Part shown: positions 20,220 to 34,469 of the stretch, one piece after another
How positions within the stretch are numbered: position 1 is the stretch's first letter
How the letters are laid out: each line of letters opens with the position of its first letter
Assembly (NCBI RefSeq): GCF_006345805.1
Contig: NC_043003.1
Span: 21,886,001-21,950,000, forward strand
Reading direction: 5' to 3'
DNA from: Octopus sinensis
Lineage: Eukaryota
DNA: 64,000 nucleotides
The notes under the pieces: generated by a model
Seen by the model: the letters and a program-made list of their open reading frames with translations, nothing else
The model's database searches: none
What the model was told of the DNA's origin: nothing
Made by a program: the position numbers and the translations under genes

Positions 20220-22985
20220 TAAAAAACCAGAAGATAGCTATAACTGGGTGAAAATAACAGAAATATGATGTAGAGTTAAAGATTTTTTTTTTCTGTCTTT
20301 TTTGTTGATAATTTCCTTCCAAGGAACCAAACCAAACCAAACCGACAGAATTTCTTTAAAATAGAAAATTGTAAATTTTTCTTGACCTAATTTATTGTAA
20401 AATAGTTTTTTTCATTTTCTCGCAGAGTTTAATTTTTCAAAGTGAATTTTTTTTATAGCGAAAAATAATTTAAATAGAAAAGAAAAGCTGACAGCTACCT
20501 CTTGGAAAATGTTTGGTAATAACTCTAGAAAAAGTAACTGAGTGCATCCAACCACAAATACGTGTATATTTGTAATGTTCCTATATTCTAAATAGGTATG
20601 TGAATTCACTATTTGCTACATCATATTCGTGCCTCTATGTACTTCTTGCCATATTAGCAAAGAGTATTGTGCACTTATTTGTAGGGATTTAGTAGAAATG
20701 TACACACACGCAGTTGGTTTGCTCTCCACTCATTACTTTGGTATTACGAAGGGGATATATACACAAATATGCCATTTTGTAGTCATTATTTGTATGATGA
20801 ACACTGTTAGAATTTATATATGAATTTTTAATTTATAATTTCCCCCCTCCCCACTGCCATCTGTTATAATACTCAATACATCTCTTATATACTCAGTGGA
20901 AGCAAATTCTATATTTGGTAAAATTTGTTTCAAATAACTGTGGTTATACAGGAAACCCCCTGTCTGCAAACAGAAGGTGATTTAAATGATGTGTGTATTT
21001 GAATGAACTGCACCAGTCTCCAAATATTTTTATTTGGGAATATGCAAATGATATATTGTGTTCTAAAAATTGTTATCACCCTTGTTAACTCCTGTGCAGG
21101 ATCGGAGACTGTTCACTACATGTAATAGTATGCATACATCACATTGCACTATATAACTATTACTACTGCTATGCTATAACAGCCTTTATGAAAACCTAGA
21201 CATCCACATTTCATTTTACTAGTCAGTGCATAGTACAATAACAGGAGCTTACTCATTGCAATACATCAATACATAACCTGTGTACATGTAACACACACAC
21301 GTACAACTGTTGGTTCAGTTGATTGTGTCCTTTCCATTGCAAATGCATGATGTTGTCAGTGAGAAATCATTACTTTTATTTGTGAACTGCTTGAGAATGT
21401 ACATAGATTTACTAGAACTCTTATCAGTACTGCAATATTACATACATAAATGACATATCACTATGGCATTATTATATGCACTGCATTGAAATACATACTA
21501 CAGCATGAAAATCATGCTGCTCCACACTGCCACATTGTTTTTCTTCAAGCTATTCCAACTTGTCTGTAATATGCTGTGCTTATAGCATCACAACATTGGA
21601 ATGCATCCACCTCATCACATGATACACTGCATTGTTAGTGCCAAAAACTGCAATTATATATCTATCTTCATAAAAGTCTATATGTAATGTTAATCTTCAG
21701 TCTTTATTGTTACTCCTTACTAATGTACTCAGGTATAACTATCACAGACAAGAGGTGTATAGTGACAACATGTATTCAATGACAGGAATTCATTACCTGG
21801 TTTCAATTCCCAGTCTCATTTCATTCATATCAGTGTGTTCACAGAAGATATGTTTTCATCTCATTTCCCTGTCCCTCAAAAATATCCCAGTGATGTTGGT
21901 CAGGCTACCTGCCAATTGAATGATACCGCCAATTATAAAAAATAAACTCTTGGAGACATAATTTAGTTGTGAAATTACAAATAGATTTGTTCTTTAAATG
22001 ATTCTGTCCATAATTTGGCAGTGCCACAGCTTCAGTATATAGTGTTTACTTTTTTCCAAACTACACCGGCCAAATCTTGCAGTTGACCTTTGATCTCTTC
22101 AGGACTGATAAAATTAGTTAGTTATGCCTTTGCTATTAAAATTGCATGGCTTTGTGCCAATGAGAAATAAGTATTACCACTCTTAGTAAATTGCTTGTGT
22201 ATGTACATAAAACACCTACATTAAATATATTTTCATATCTCCGTCCAGCTTATACCAGAATGGAAAAGTAGGTATAGATCTTACATTGTTTTTGACTATG
22301 AGCATCTGAGATTAGACTCCAGTTGCTACTTATTTTTATGTCTGTGATTACTTGCTATTGTCTATATATCAATCAAACCAGTTCTAAGATGTGGCTCAAT
22401 TGATCACCCTGAAGTATGCGCTGTTTGGCTTCTCTTTAGCTCCTGGTGAGCTGAGCTTTTGACTGGAGTTTTTGAGTTCAGCAGTCATATTTTGAACTAA
22501 ATAACAGTTGTGTAGTTTACTGGATTATAGTGACAAGATTTGCATTTTCCATAAGGAGAATATAATTAATTTTTCATCCCCATAGATCACATATTTCATG
22601 CATAATTAAGGGATTTATTATCTTTTTGTTTTTGAATTGTGCTGATTGATAGACCGGTTTCACCATGAAGAAAATAAACTGAGCCTATTTTAACAAATGT
22701 TTTTCTTTGTGGTTGTTGATTTTCATGTAAAAAGAAAACAATTATATAAATTATCACTTAGACATTTCTTTCATGTAATATTAATTTACTGAAATTGTTA
22801 TGAGATTTATTCGATATGAAAATATAAATAAAAGCCATTAAAAAATCGTGTATGAATAATTTTTTTTTTTGTGGTGGGAGAATGTAAATATCATGTGATT
22901 CTGACTTCCACTACATCTCATACTGTCATTTTGGAACAATAAAATCAGATTGAATAAAGTTTCTTTTTGACTTAGTTCTTTAGAA
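20220..22985 (+). other. Inferred mucolipin 3'UTR
   Basis: ~2.7 kb with no recognisable SINE after the stop; AATAAA at 22938 and 22953 followed by a GT-rich tract at ~22986-23012. Confidence 0.55.
22938..22958 (+). terminator. Tandem polyadenylation signals (AATAAA x2)
   Basis: aataaa at 22938-22943 and 22953-22958 with a downstream (gtct)n GU-rich element. Confidence 0.55.
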
Positions 22986-23440
22986 GTGTCTGTCTGTCTG
23001 TCTGTCTTTGTGACCACAACATAACTAAATGGTTAAGAAGTTTGTTTTGCAATCATAAGGTTTGGTATCCTTGACAAAAGGTATAAAGTAAAATTGTATG
23101 GAAACTGTATGGAAGTCAACAGGATGGATTGTACCTGGTAAGGCCAAGGTATGGCCTTGCCATACACATTATCTAGGGTATCTTCAGCCACGTATTAATT
23201 CAGTTTGTTAAACAACTGAATCCTCATTGTTGAAACAGACCCATTCAGACTCTTACAGGGATCTAAATATCTTTTATGTACACTTTACATCAGTTGGAGT
23301 GTTTTGTTCATCAAAAGCAAGAAAGTTGACTTAAACAATTGTATTTTTGTTTTTTTTATTACATCTCATTTCACACATTAGGTTTTTTTAATGTTTCAAT
23401 CAGTTAAAATAAGGTTTCATAAAAGTAAACATAAATATAT

Positions 23441-23509
<69 letters not shown>

Positions 23510-24627
23510 ACCAGCAAATGAACCCTGGTAAAGTATTTATTCCAAAAATATTTCTTTAAAACATTTATTACTTGCAACAAATAAGTACTATATAATATCA
23601 TTGTTTTTGTAAGTGGCAGGGAGCACATTTTTGTGGCTTGCCCCTGGCACGGTTTACTCTAGCTGTGCCACTGCTAGAGACCAAACTAATCAAAAAAGGG
23701 AACAGATATAAATATTGAAATTTTTTTTATATCTAATAATTAATAGCCTGAAAAATTATTTTTTTTAATGGAATTATTCTTTGACAATTATAGTAATTGA
23801 ATAATATCCATGCCTCTACAGGTATCACAGTAAAAGTAAACTACTTTGAAGCTCAGTCTATTACCCTGCTTTGATTCAAGTTCTAATAATTTACTGTCAA
23901 ATATTCCACTTCTCTTCCATTATAAATTTATGGAACAAGGTTACATACCCAACATAGTACCCTTAGTAATGCCATCCTTATCAGGACTGCCACTTTACAT
24001 TGGCAAATAGACTTTTTTGCGGTAGTACTGTTACAACTTATTTCTAGCTCAGATATTTAAAACTAATTGTTTTTCTCTTAATTAGAAATAATTAAAATTA
24101 TCCTAGTTTTCCAGCAAGTATGGGGAACAACTCCAGGCATGTTTTAATTTTATAAGACTTCATCAGAAAAGCAAAGACTCCACCATTACTTGCTAAAGTA
24201 ATGAGTGTAAATGTACCAGACCATATACAAATATGCTTGAAAATAAGCATAGGGTATTTTCTGTTTAACACACTTTTTATTGAAACTTCCAACACAGATG
24301 CCAATTATGAAAATTGCAACCACGTTTTCGTAGGAATTTAAGTTTCAAACTCAAAAGACTGAAATTTTAGCCTATCAGATTTATCGATTCTCAACATCCT
24401 ATCCAGCCTATTATGGAAGTTGTATATGTTCCCATTGCAACCAACTAAAACCATGTTAGGGTTTATGGTGCATTGCAAAATTTCTTTGCAAATGTTAACC
24501 TGTTTTCTTTTATTAAATATCCTCATTTTTATGTTTTGTAATGTTTTTGTTAATTTCTCATAAAAAAATAATTAAAAAATTGCCATTTTCAGTACTTTGG
24601 GTATCATAATAATAATAATCCTATTAT

Positions 24628-24820
24628 AGGCACAAGGCCTTAAATTTAGGGGAGGGGGATAGTCGATGACATTGACCCCAGCACTCAACTGGTACTTAAT
24701 TTATCAATCCCGAAAGGATGAAAGGTAAAGTTGACCTCGGTGGAATTTGAACTCGGAACATAGCGACAGGTGAAATACTGCTAAATATTTAATCCAGCGT
24801 GCTAACGACTCTGCTAGCTT
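24628..24820 (-). mobile_element. SINE family B
   Basis: Reverse complement of the B head and central motif; similar copy at 38960-39165. Confidence 0.8.
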
Positions 24821-27405
24821 GCCGCCTCTCTCTCTCACACACACAATAATAATGGTTTCAAATTTTGGCACAAGGCTTACAACTTCAAGGGAAGGAGTAA
24901 GCTGATTAAATCGACCCCCCCCCCCCCCAACACCAAGAGGACGAAAAGCAAAGTCAACTCGGGTAGCATTTGAACTCACAGCATAAAGATGAAGAAAATG
25001 ATGCAAAGCATCTTGCGCTTTCCTTAAAATTGTTACGGTGTGTACAGGATACATGAGTCTGACAAAAAATTATCAAAAATAAGAAATCAATTAAAAAAAA
25101 AAAAAACAGGCCAGAAAAGCAGGAGAGGTTTAGTATATAAGACAAGTAGAGTAGAAAATATTGTATATTTACTAGTTATGACCTATGTCTTATTTGAAGA
25201 AGTCTAAAATTAAAATGCCTATTATAAGGCAGTATAACAGTCTCTAGAAAGGAAGATTCAAATATAGTTTTTAGTTTGGACACCTCAGTGATTTTGTGTG
25301 AGAATGCCAACCATCACGGCACCCCCTGCATGTTAATTTCTCAACATTTGCATGTATATTATATATACATTATGTATATATAATGCTTTCTCTCCAAGAA
25401 TTTGAACTACAGTTTTTGCCTCTGTAGGAATGTACTACTCTATGACTCACGTGGGTGGACAGGGAGAATAATAGATCTCATTTGTATTTTTGGATTCGCT
25501 AGTACTAGGTGTCTGGCATGGTTTGTCCGATGTTACAGATATCGGACGGGTATGTTTGATTCTTAGTATTTTCAAATCTAAATCAGAAGAAATCTCTGAG
25601 CTGATGAAGGAAAAGTGGCGTTTTACCCACGAATCCAGAAACAGGCTGTCCTCGGGTATCTTATATGGATGTGATCTTTCATTGTTTTTCCCTTATACCT
25701 ATGTGAGTTATTTTCTGAGTATGCATTGTCTGGAGACTTTTATTTGCAGTTGAAGAAATAGCCAAATTTTTGGCTGCTATTTCTGAAAAGTTCGGTGTGT
25801 GGTAAAGTGAATTTTTACTTTACCATATTTTTATAAATTAATACTTCTTTATATATATATATATATATAATATATATATATATATAAATGTTTGTATACC
25901 AAGTCATATAAAGGGTAAAGACCCCCTTCGGTCATGAATGACCATGGGATTGCACCTAGAAAGTTACCCTCCTAGACACAAGTCCGGGCAAGGTTGTTTA
26001 TGGAAGACCAGCAGTCGCCCATGCATACCGGCCTCCCCTCTCCACGCCACCAGTGTTATCCAAGGGAAAGACAAAGGTCGATACAGCTTGGCACCTGTGA
26101 CGTCGCAACTTATTTCTACAGTTGAGTGAGCTGGAGCAACGTGAAATAAAGTGCCTTGCTCAAGAACACAACACGCAGCCCGGTCCGGGTCATATACATA
26201 CATGCATATGTTCGTGAAATTTATGGATTAAAAAAAAACGTGGCTATGAACTGTCGGCTGCACATTTGATGTGAACGATAATTCTAGTTAGACAAAGATC
26301 GGTGTACGTTTTAAATAGTTTGTATTTGTTTGAAGTAGAAGTTAAACGTTGTTCTGTTTACCAATTTTCTTCTACAAAAACATCTAAGTTAGATTACCTC
26401 GAAAAACTTGCTTACCACTTGTTTGCATGAAGCAGCTCTCAACACAAGTCTTGGAATAAGGCTCCACCTTCATATCGTAATCACTTGCCCGGCGCCAATT
26501 GCCTCTACTACACAATTTCTCGTACTTACGGAATTATATCGACAAACATTTTTGATATGATTTTAATTCTTTTTAGAGAAAAAAAGTTATCCATGATCTT
26601 TAAACTGAAAAGTCAATATTAGATTCTGAATAGCAGTACTCGTTCACCAAGGGAGATAACTCACAAATACACACTCCAATTCCCTGATTTGCTGAGATAG
26701 TGATTAAAACGTGTAGCGTAAAGCAAATGATCAAATAAATCTTCATCTGAATAGCGTATCAGTCTATCGCAGTTGAAATTTCCAGATCATCTAGTACCTA
26801 TTCCGTATGATATGTATCACTCAATAACCAGAATTTCAGTATATTTTCATATATGAAAACAAAATGGTGTATATTATAAAAGAAATGCAATCCCTGTCTG
26901 TCTTATATGAACCTCGACAGGTTATTTATTTCTTTTTACCATTTCTCCAAATATCACAGTATATACATTCCTTTTAACATAGCCTTCTTCCTATATGAAA
27001 ATATTACGAGGTTCTGGCTGTGACAGATGTAAGACAAAAATCTGAAAAGAAACGCTGAAGATTTTACGTCACTAAAGAATACTTTGGTGTAGATTTATGT
27101 AGCATAGAAATAGAAACACATTTTTCGCTAAATAAAATAGATTATCGTATGTAGTTTTCTTTAAGCTAACGAATTAGTGTTAATATTTATACCTACTTAG
27201 ATTTAGATGGTCTCGACCGATGGACCGCTGTTCATTTCGACACACATGTGCGTGCCCCCACTCTCGATTTTGTTTCCTCATAACTTTTAGAAAAAAGTAT
27301 ATTTTTTTAATGAAAATTTCTAGTTTCATTTTTTAAATATGTGTGTAAGTATCTATATGTGCGCGCCGGCATTTTTTTTTTTTTTTTACACATCAAGTTC
27401 CGATA

Positions 27406-27576
27406 GGCGCAGGAGTGGCTGTGTGGTAAGTAGCTTGCTAACCAACCACATGGTTCTGGGTTCAGTCCCACTGCGTGGCATCTTGGGCAAGTGTCTTCTG
27501 CTATAGCCCCGGGCCGACCAATGCCTTGTGAGTGGATTTGGTAGACGGAAACTGAAAGAAGCCTGTCGTATATATG

Positions 27577-27607
<31 letters not shown>

Positions 27608-27796
27608 TTGTTTCCCTAGCATTGCTTGACAACCGATGCTGGTGTGTTTACGTCCCCGTCACTTAGCGGTTCGGCAAAAAGAGACCGATAGAATAAGTAC
27701 TGGGCTTACAAAGAATAAGTCCCGGGGTCGAGTTGCTCGACTAAAGGCGGTGCTCCAGCATGGCTGCAGTCAAATGACTGAAACAAGTAAAAAGAG
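27406..27796 (+). mobile_element. SINE family A, near-consensus copy with CpGs intact
   Basis: ggcgcaggagtggctgtgtggtaag (A box), ggttcagtccc (B box), internal (TA/TG)n, tail gactgaaacaagtaaaaagag. Confidence 0.92.
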
Positions 27797-29999
27797 AATA
27801 TAATCGTAAATCTACACCATCTGAAAGATATTAGTAAAATAGTTCTTTAGTAATATTCATTTGTCGGAAAGTTATGCAACATCAAAGTCAGCTCGTGTGA
27901 ATTATCCGAAACTCCTTTTCCCACCTCCGAAAAAAAAAATTACGACGAATTCCTTTATAATCGTGATCTTCAATATCTCAAAAGTATTTCAAGAGAAAAT
28001 ATTCATTTTTCTGGAAGTTATGAGAAAAGAAAGCTATGGGAGGGCACGGCTGTGTAGGTATACCGTGAATTCTTTGGTTGCTTGTCTTGTGATCCCTTTG
28101 ATACTATGAAGCGTTACCGAAATAACTTGCAGGTAAATCAAATTTACGATTAGTGAATTGTCATCCAATATCACAAGGATATTTCGAAGAGGCTATGTAT
28201 AACTTCAGAAGCTAGACAAAAAAAAAAACCACAAAAACAAAACGAAAATATTTGTATGAATACGGAATAAAATTTTAAAAAATCAAAATAATCTTCATAT
28301 AGATTATTTATACAAGATATTAGTTGATGTGTTTAAGATAAAATTATTGCAGTACTTATGTTATCATTTGGATGACAACAACCCGCGACGCTCTTTTTGC
28401 TATCTTACGTTCTGAGTTCAAATTCTACCGAGGTCGATTTTGCCTCTCATCCTGTCGGAGTCGATAAAATAAGTACAAGTGGAGTACTGGGATCGATGTA
28501 CTCGACTAACCTACGCCCTCAAAATTGCTGGCCTTGTGTCAAAATTTAAAATCATTTTCGTTGCGTAGAATAATTTATTTTTCTTTTCGGAGTAGATATA
28601 ATTATTGCTTAATATAAATTATTGGCTTTCCTCTTGTATAGGTATGATATTATCAACAGCTTAAACCTTATTCCTTCAGATGAGAATGTTTAAAGATTGT
28701 ATATTATTGCGATCGCGCAAAAAAGAAAAAAATGAATAAATAAATAAACACTTTTCAGCGGCGGGGTATTTTAGCACTCACCTGCTTCCTTTTCCTAACT
28801 TTTCAGTTTTGATTTTCTCTTCAAAATATTTTTAGATCTATGTTTTAAACATCCGAAATTATGATTCTTCGAAAATATCATGCAGCTTAAATCAGAAAGT
28901 TCTTTTTTGAAAAAAACTCAAAACTGAAAAACTACCGTAAGGGGGCGGAGAAACTGCCTCTTTCCCCCGCCCACTTTTTTTTTTTTTTACAGATTGATAA
29001 TCTACGATATGTAAACATATTCGAAGAAATTAGGGATTTTGGCGCACTAGATAACGTCCCACTATATTCTGTAAGAACGTCCAAAGTATTATTAATGAGA
29101 ATGTTTTTTCTCTCCCATCATCTATATTAATTCTTTATAGTTATCTTCAAAATAAAACTGTGAAACTTCAAATCTAGTCAAAATTCTTAATTGTTGTCAC
29201 TTTCTTTCGCATTGTCATCTGCAGACGCATGTTTCAGTTCTATAGCGGCTGTAGCTCTGCTACAGTTCCGTTATTGGTTACACCACACGAGGAATTAGTA
29301 AATTCAAATAAAAATCATTTTCTTTCTTTTTTTTTTTTTTTTTTCTTGTCCGGAAAATGAAGTGAAAGAGGAGCTATCGAAGGTATCTTTTAAGCTGGAT
29401 GCGTTTAGCAACATTTATTTATTTTTGTTGGGGAAGTTCATGGTCACTTCTGTATTTCAATTAAATTTTCCTACGTGTTTATACATTACCTTGACTGGCA
29501 ACTTTTTTCACTTCTCACACGCTGCACCAATGAAACAAGGGGTGGAAATGTGTGTTGACATTAACTTTGAACGCCAAGCAATATTTCACGTTGGAGATTA
29601 ATACAAATTACAACAGAAAACAATTTTTTTCATAAATACAATTTTTTCATAAATACAAACTAGGATAGGTATCACCGTCTTATTGTAATTTTTCGGTTTT
29701 TACTTTCTCTAATTTTTTTTTCAGATCTACGTTCGAATTTTCACTCTATAATTTTCATTGAAAAACAAATCATTAATTTTAGTTGCACCTAGCAAAGATG
29801 AAGAAAAGAAGAATATATATACCATTTAAAAGACGCAAAAGAAAAATGCTTTATAAGCCCGCTTAATAATGAGCAAGAGACAACCCAACAAACTGCTCGA
29901 AATATTCGGCCACGTTACCACCGCTTATCTCTCCTGGCACAAAAATATTCTTAACATCGCACTTCACACGAATGGCTGTGTCTTCTCTTCAGGCAAGAC

Positions 30000-30470
30000 G
30001 ATACGCTAGTCCCCGCAAAGCTCAGATGAAGTATGCAATGGAATATTGCTCTTTCAAGTGGGATGGTGCTATTATTTCACAAACGGATATTCTAGACTGC
30101 ATTTAGAAAAGGGCCACCCGACTGACAAGCATAGTCTCTCACAAACATAGTACAGCCTTTGATCCACTCTCTCTGCCTTCTCTATCGTTACTATAATGAC
30201 CTCAGTTCCTCGGATATGACTGAGCTCCTGCCACTTTTACTCAGACATTCACGACCCACTCCTCTCTTCTTTCATATTCCTAATTCCATCAGATCCTCAC
30301 TAACCACTACGTCCAGTTCTTCCTTCCTGGAACATCGGCTCCCTAGTATCCTCTTTTCTGCTTATGTCTTTTCCGCATGTATTAACGTGCAAAGGTTCGA
30401 GAGGAACATTAATGACATCGATCTGCTTACCCTAAAGAGGTTCTGTGAGGGCCTTGGAAACTGACTTTTC
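30000..30470 (+). mobile_element. CR1/Jockey-type LINE 3' fragment (decayed RT C-terminus)
   Basis: Peptides KAQMKYAMEYCSFKWDG...KRATRL and LYRYYNDLSSSDMTELLP...VQRFERNINDIDL. Confidence 0.75.
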
Positions 30471-33400
30471 TGTTAGTTATACCAAATAAATATATGCATT
30501 AATTATAGAAACTGAATCAAGAATTAAAAATAGGAAAACCTTCGCTCCTTTTTCTAACTATAACAGCATTTGGCTGTAAGAGTTGGGATATGGCTTTGCA
30601 TTAAAATATTCCACTGCACAACAGACGTTGGTTTTTTACCCATACTAAGCAAAAACGTCATCAGTTCAAAATAACTTCTCCAGTGAAGAACATTTTAAAA
30701 ATAAAATCACTTGATCAATAGAGAAATAAAATAACGAGAAAATTATGTCTAAATACTGATTTAAAATTTGAATAATTAATTTACGGTTAGTATGTGTTCA
30801 TTCTAACGTTTTTTAAACTACAAGCTAAACGCGCGCACACTCACAGCATCTATTTTATATATAAGTTAGCTACCTTACGTGGTTTCGTTTTTCGTTCTCC
30901 GTAAGAACTAGTTTTGGTGTAACTGAAATAATTATTTGACACAAGGGAGATAAGATCATTTTAACAAGTAAACATCTGGAAGTGTTCAAGCTTTTGAATA
31001 TTTTCGTATAAATATTATTATAATTTAAGCTTACAGAACTTTTTAAAATAAATTTAAATATTTCACACATATATAAATATATTCAAAGGGTTTATTTTCA
31101 ATTATCATAAAAAATGTGTGAATATTTTTTTTGATTCCTCATTAATAATTAACGCGTAATTTTAATAGATATTTTATTTTTAGTTGTTTTAAAGGTGTTT
31201 ACAACAATTTTATCAATTTTTATTTCAAAAGCTTTTAGAATTTTGAAGACAATTTTAGTATAAAAGATAAATAAAGGTTAAGGTCGCTCGACTCATCGGT
31301 TTCTCAGCAGATAAAAGCTTATGTCGTCATGGTTGTTTTGAGCCAAGATAGCATTGATTCAGCACACATCCCATCAAAGGCACTCTAGCCATGAAAATTC
31401 AATCTCTTAAGGGCTATGTGAGATTATACAGTCTAGCGTGTCCTTTCTTTTATCAAGAGAGCGTGTAAAATAATATAGATTTGGCTGCTATTTCTAGCAG
31501 ATCGAGCGACCACTTATAGGCTCGCACGTTGGTTCGTTCTTTATTGTATCGTGTAAACAATTGACGTGTTTATCTCCCCTTAAGACCACGGACCATCTGG
31601 GCGGAGAGGGAAGGGGGGGGGGAAGCCGACAACAAAAAGAGAGGGAGAGAGAGAAAGAGAAACAAAAAGAGAGAAGCTGAGAATATAAAGCGGGAAGGCA
31701 GCAAAATATTACAAAGATCGCCGAATAATAAATAAGTGTATTGGCATATTAATGTCGATTTTGTTGATGTTTATTGTCTCTTCAACACATCTATTGCAAT
31801 AGGTTTCATATGAATCATAACAATGGATGGAATTTGATCTGTTGTGAATGCAAAGAATTTTTTTTCTTCTGCAAATGTTTTTTTTTTCTTTGAAAGAAGA
31901 AATTGTTATTTATTATAAATTAATATACGCATGTATATTTTTTCGCTATTATAAGAAATAAATATTTAGTCGCGTAAGCAGAAATTAAAATTTGGTAGTA
32001 GTTTTAACTAAATAGAAGCGATTATTTTGTTGAATTAAAACAAGATGTTTTTATATTTCTATGAAATGAATGAAAGATTGATTATTCTAAAATTAAAAGC
32101 CTTTGTAAAATTATTTCGCTCTTCTATAAAAAAAAGGCTTTAATTGCTGATATTTTAAATATTTAAAAATCGTGAAAATATTATTTATTTGGTATCTATT
32201 TCATCAGCTTTGACAAATCAATGAAAATTTATAATATTCTTTAACTAAAGGCTTTATTTTTTTACTTATAAATACAATATCTCTGTCTAAAATAGTGTTA
32301 CTAATACATAAAAAAGTCCTTTATCTTTTTGGCGTATTTCTTTGAATATTGTTAGAGGTATGAGGTAAATTTGATATTAGGAAAAATTTATAGAAAATTA
32401 AATTTTCTCACAAAGTTGAAAGATAAAAAATGTATTCTAAAGTTTCTGTTGGTAATTTTTCAAATGCAAAAAAATATTTTAAATTAGCATAAGGAACACT
32501 AACGCTTGAAAAATTCCGTCACAAATATATACTTTGCAAATAGAAACTGTCAGGGTTAAATCATCCCAGTTTGAAACTTTCATTTACTCTCAACATAATT
32601 TCTGCTGTTATTTCTCTCTTCTACTCAGATGCTTTTCCCTGCTCTATTCTTTTTTAGAGCATATTTGGTATTTTACACATTGTTATACGAATCCTATGAA
32701 GTTTTTTTCTCTCTTCAAAATCAAATGGTTCATAAAATTTTTTTTTTTAATATTATCATATTCTCTGCGTTTTTTAGTTTTCGAGGCCACATGAAAGCCG
32801 AAATGTTTACCTTGTTAAAAACGAAGTTGTTTTCGTAAACTAAAAAAGAAACGGGACATTCTTAATTATGATTTATTTATTACAAATAACCTTATCTAAT
32901 ATTTTTAAATAATTGTTCAACTTCATCATTAGCGAGTCTTCGAAGATGTTTATCCCCACCAGAACCAGGACAAAGTCGAATGCGATGATGAAAGAAGGCC
33001 ATTATTTAGAAGCCACTGTCTCATTTTCATGTTCTGATAGACTCTCTTCTAATCAACATTCGTTACACTTGGGTAGTTAATGTCCATGCTTTTTCACGTT
33101 AATTATGAATATAATAAAATATTTGGCGAATCCTACTGAATTGATACAAATATAGTGGATACTAACTATAACGTCTACGCATTACTGGTTCCTTTTAGAA
33201 TTGAAACACATTCTGTAAGAATTCCACTCACTTTTCACTAATAAAAAGTATTGAAGATCGAAAGTTTTCGATATTGTAAAGAAATAGTGAACATCAGAGA
33301 GTTGGATTGATATTAGGAAGCATCTACTGTGCCTTTCCCATTATTTCAAACGAATCCACCAAACATTTTTGAAACTATATATATATAATTAACATCAGTA

Positions 33401-34469
33401 AAACATGATTATTAACTAACCAAGTATATCAAATGTTAACAAAAGGGAGTCAAAGAGGTTAAGGGCAAATAAAGGAGGTAATTATTTCACTTCAAATTTA
33501 CTGCCTTCGTCGCTTTTGATCTGTCCTGGATGTACTGAGGATACAGCTCATCAAAGTACCTCCGAATGATGGATATGAAAATGATTTTTAAATATATCAA
33601 GACCATTTATTATTTGTAGTTAATAAATAGCATTTTTTTTTCGCCCAGAAAAACACCTTCCCCTATGACAATGTAAACACTTACTTTCACCCCCCCCCCC
33701 GGAAACGAAAAAAAAGCGCCAAATTCTATAACGTCAAAGGTTTGAAGGCCATCATAAATAGGCATATTTTTTTTGTTTACACCGAAGCTTTAACGGAATA
33801 AATGATTTTATTTATTTTTTGCTTTAATTCCATAAGGAAGAAGAAATACAACAAATAAACATGGTATATGCTAGAACCCATTATCAAGGAGACACTCCTA
33901 ATTATGATAATGTTAATAAATCCGATAAAGACAATATCGGTAACAGAAGACAGTTACTATTTTATCAATCTGCTTTCAGGTTGGGCATGAATTTCAAAAT
34001 AATAAACCACCGAACGAGGGACCTTCTGTGTGGTCACTCGGCTTGCTAGAAATAGCAGCTAAATCTCCATCAAATCACATCCGCTTCAAAAACCAGAACA
34101 TGACACATTTGATGAGTAAAAATAGGATGGTCACTCATGATAAAATAGCTTTGATCGAAATTTTCTCATTGAAATTAGATCTGGGGCTAAAAACGACAAC
34201 AATTATAAATCAAAACTGATCTTGTTTCATCCATGTGTTCCGATGTACATTTTCATATAACCATTGTGTAAACCGTTCTTTTTTTCGTGAGCAAAGAATC
34301 GAAAATTAATCACTGTGAGATTAACAAAAATATAAGGACAGTACACTTTTCCAACACTTTATTAATTCAATAAAAAAGTTTTGATAGTTAATCTTTTAAT
34401 TACAACTTCTATATTTATTTCGATCAACTAGATTCTATTGCAACACTTTCAAGTATTCATTTCTGGCTG

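Noticed and set aside
24338-24526. 62-aa minus ORF as a terminal exon
   Set aside because: Purine-rich acceptor, and its long frame is out of phase with the 25451 candidate exon.
25428-25549. Plus-strand exon-like segment (GMYYSYDSRGWTG...)
   Set aside because: Lies beyond the inferred mucolipin poly(A) site, has no partner exons or homology, and overlaps the minus-strand candidate.
27406-27480. tRNA-like A/B boxes here and at many other sites
   Set aside because: These are SINE heads; none folds into a full cloverleaf, so no tRNA gene is called.
27854-28060. 68-codon open frame without ATG
   Set aside because: No homology and no convincing splice sites.
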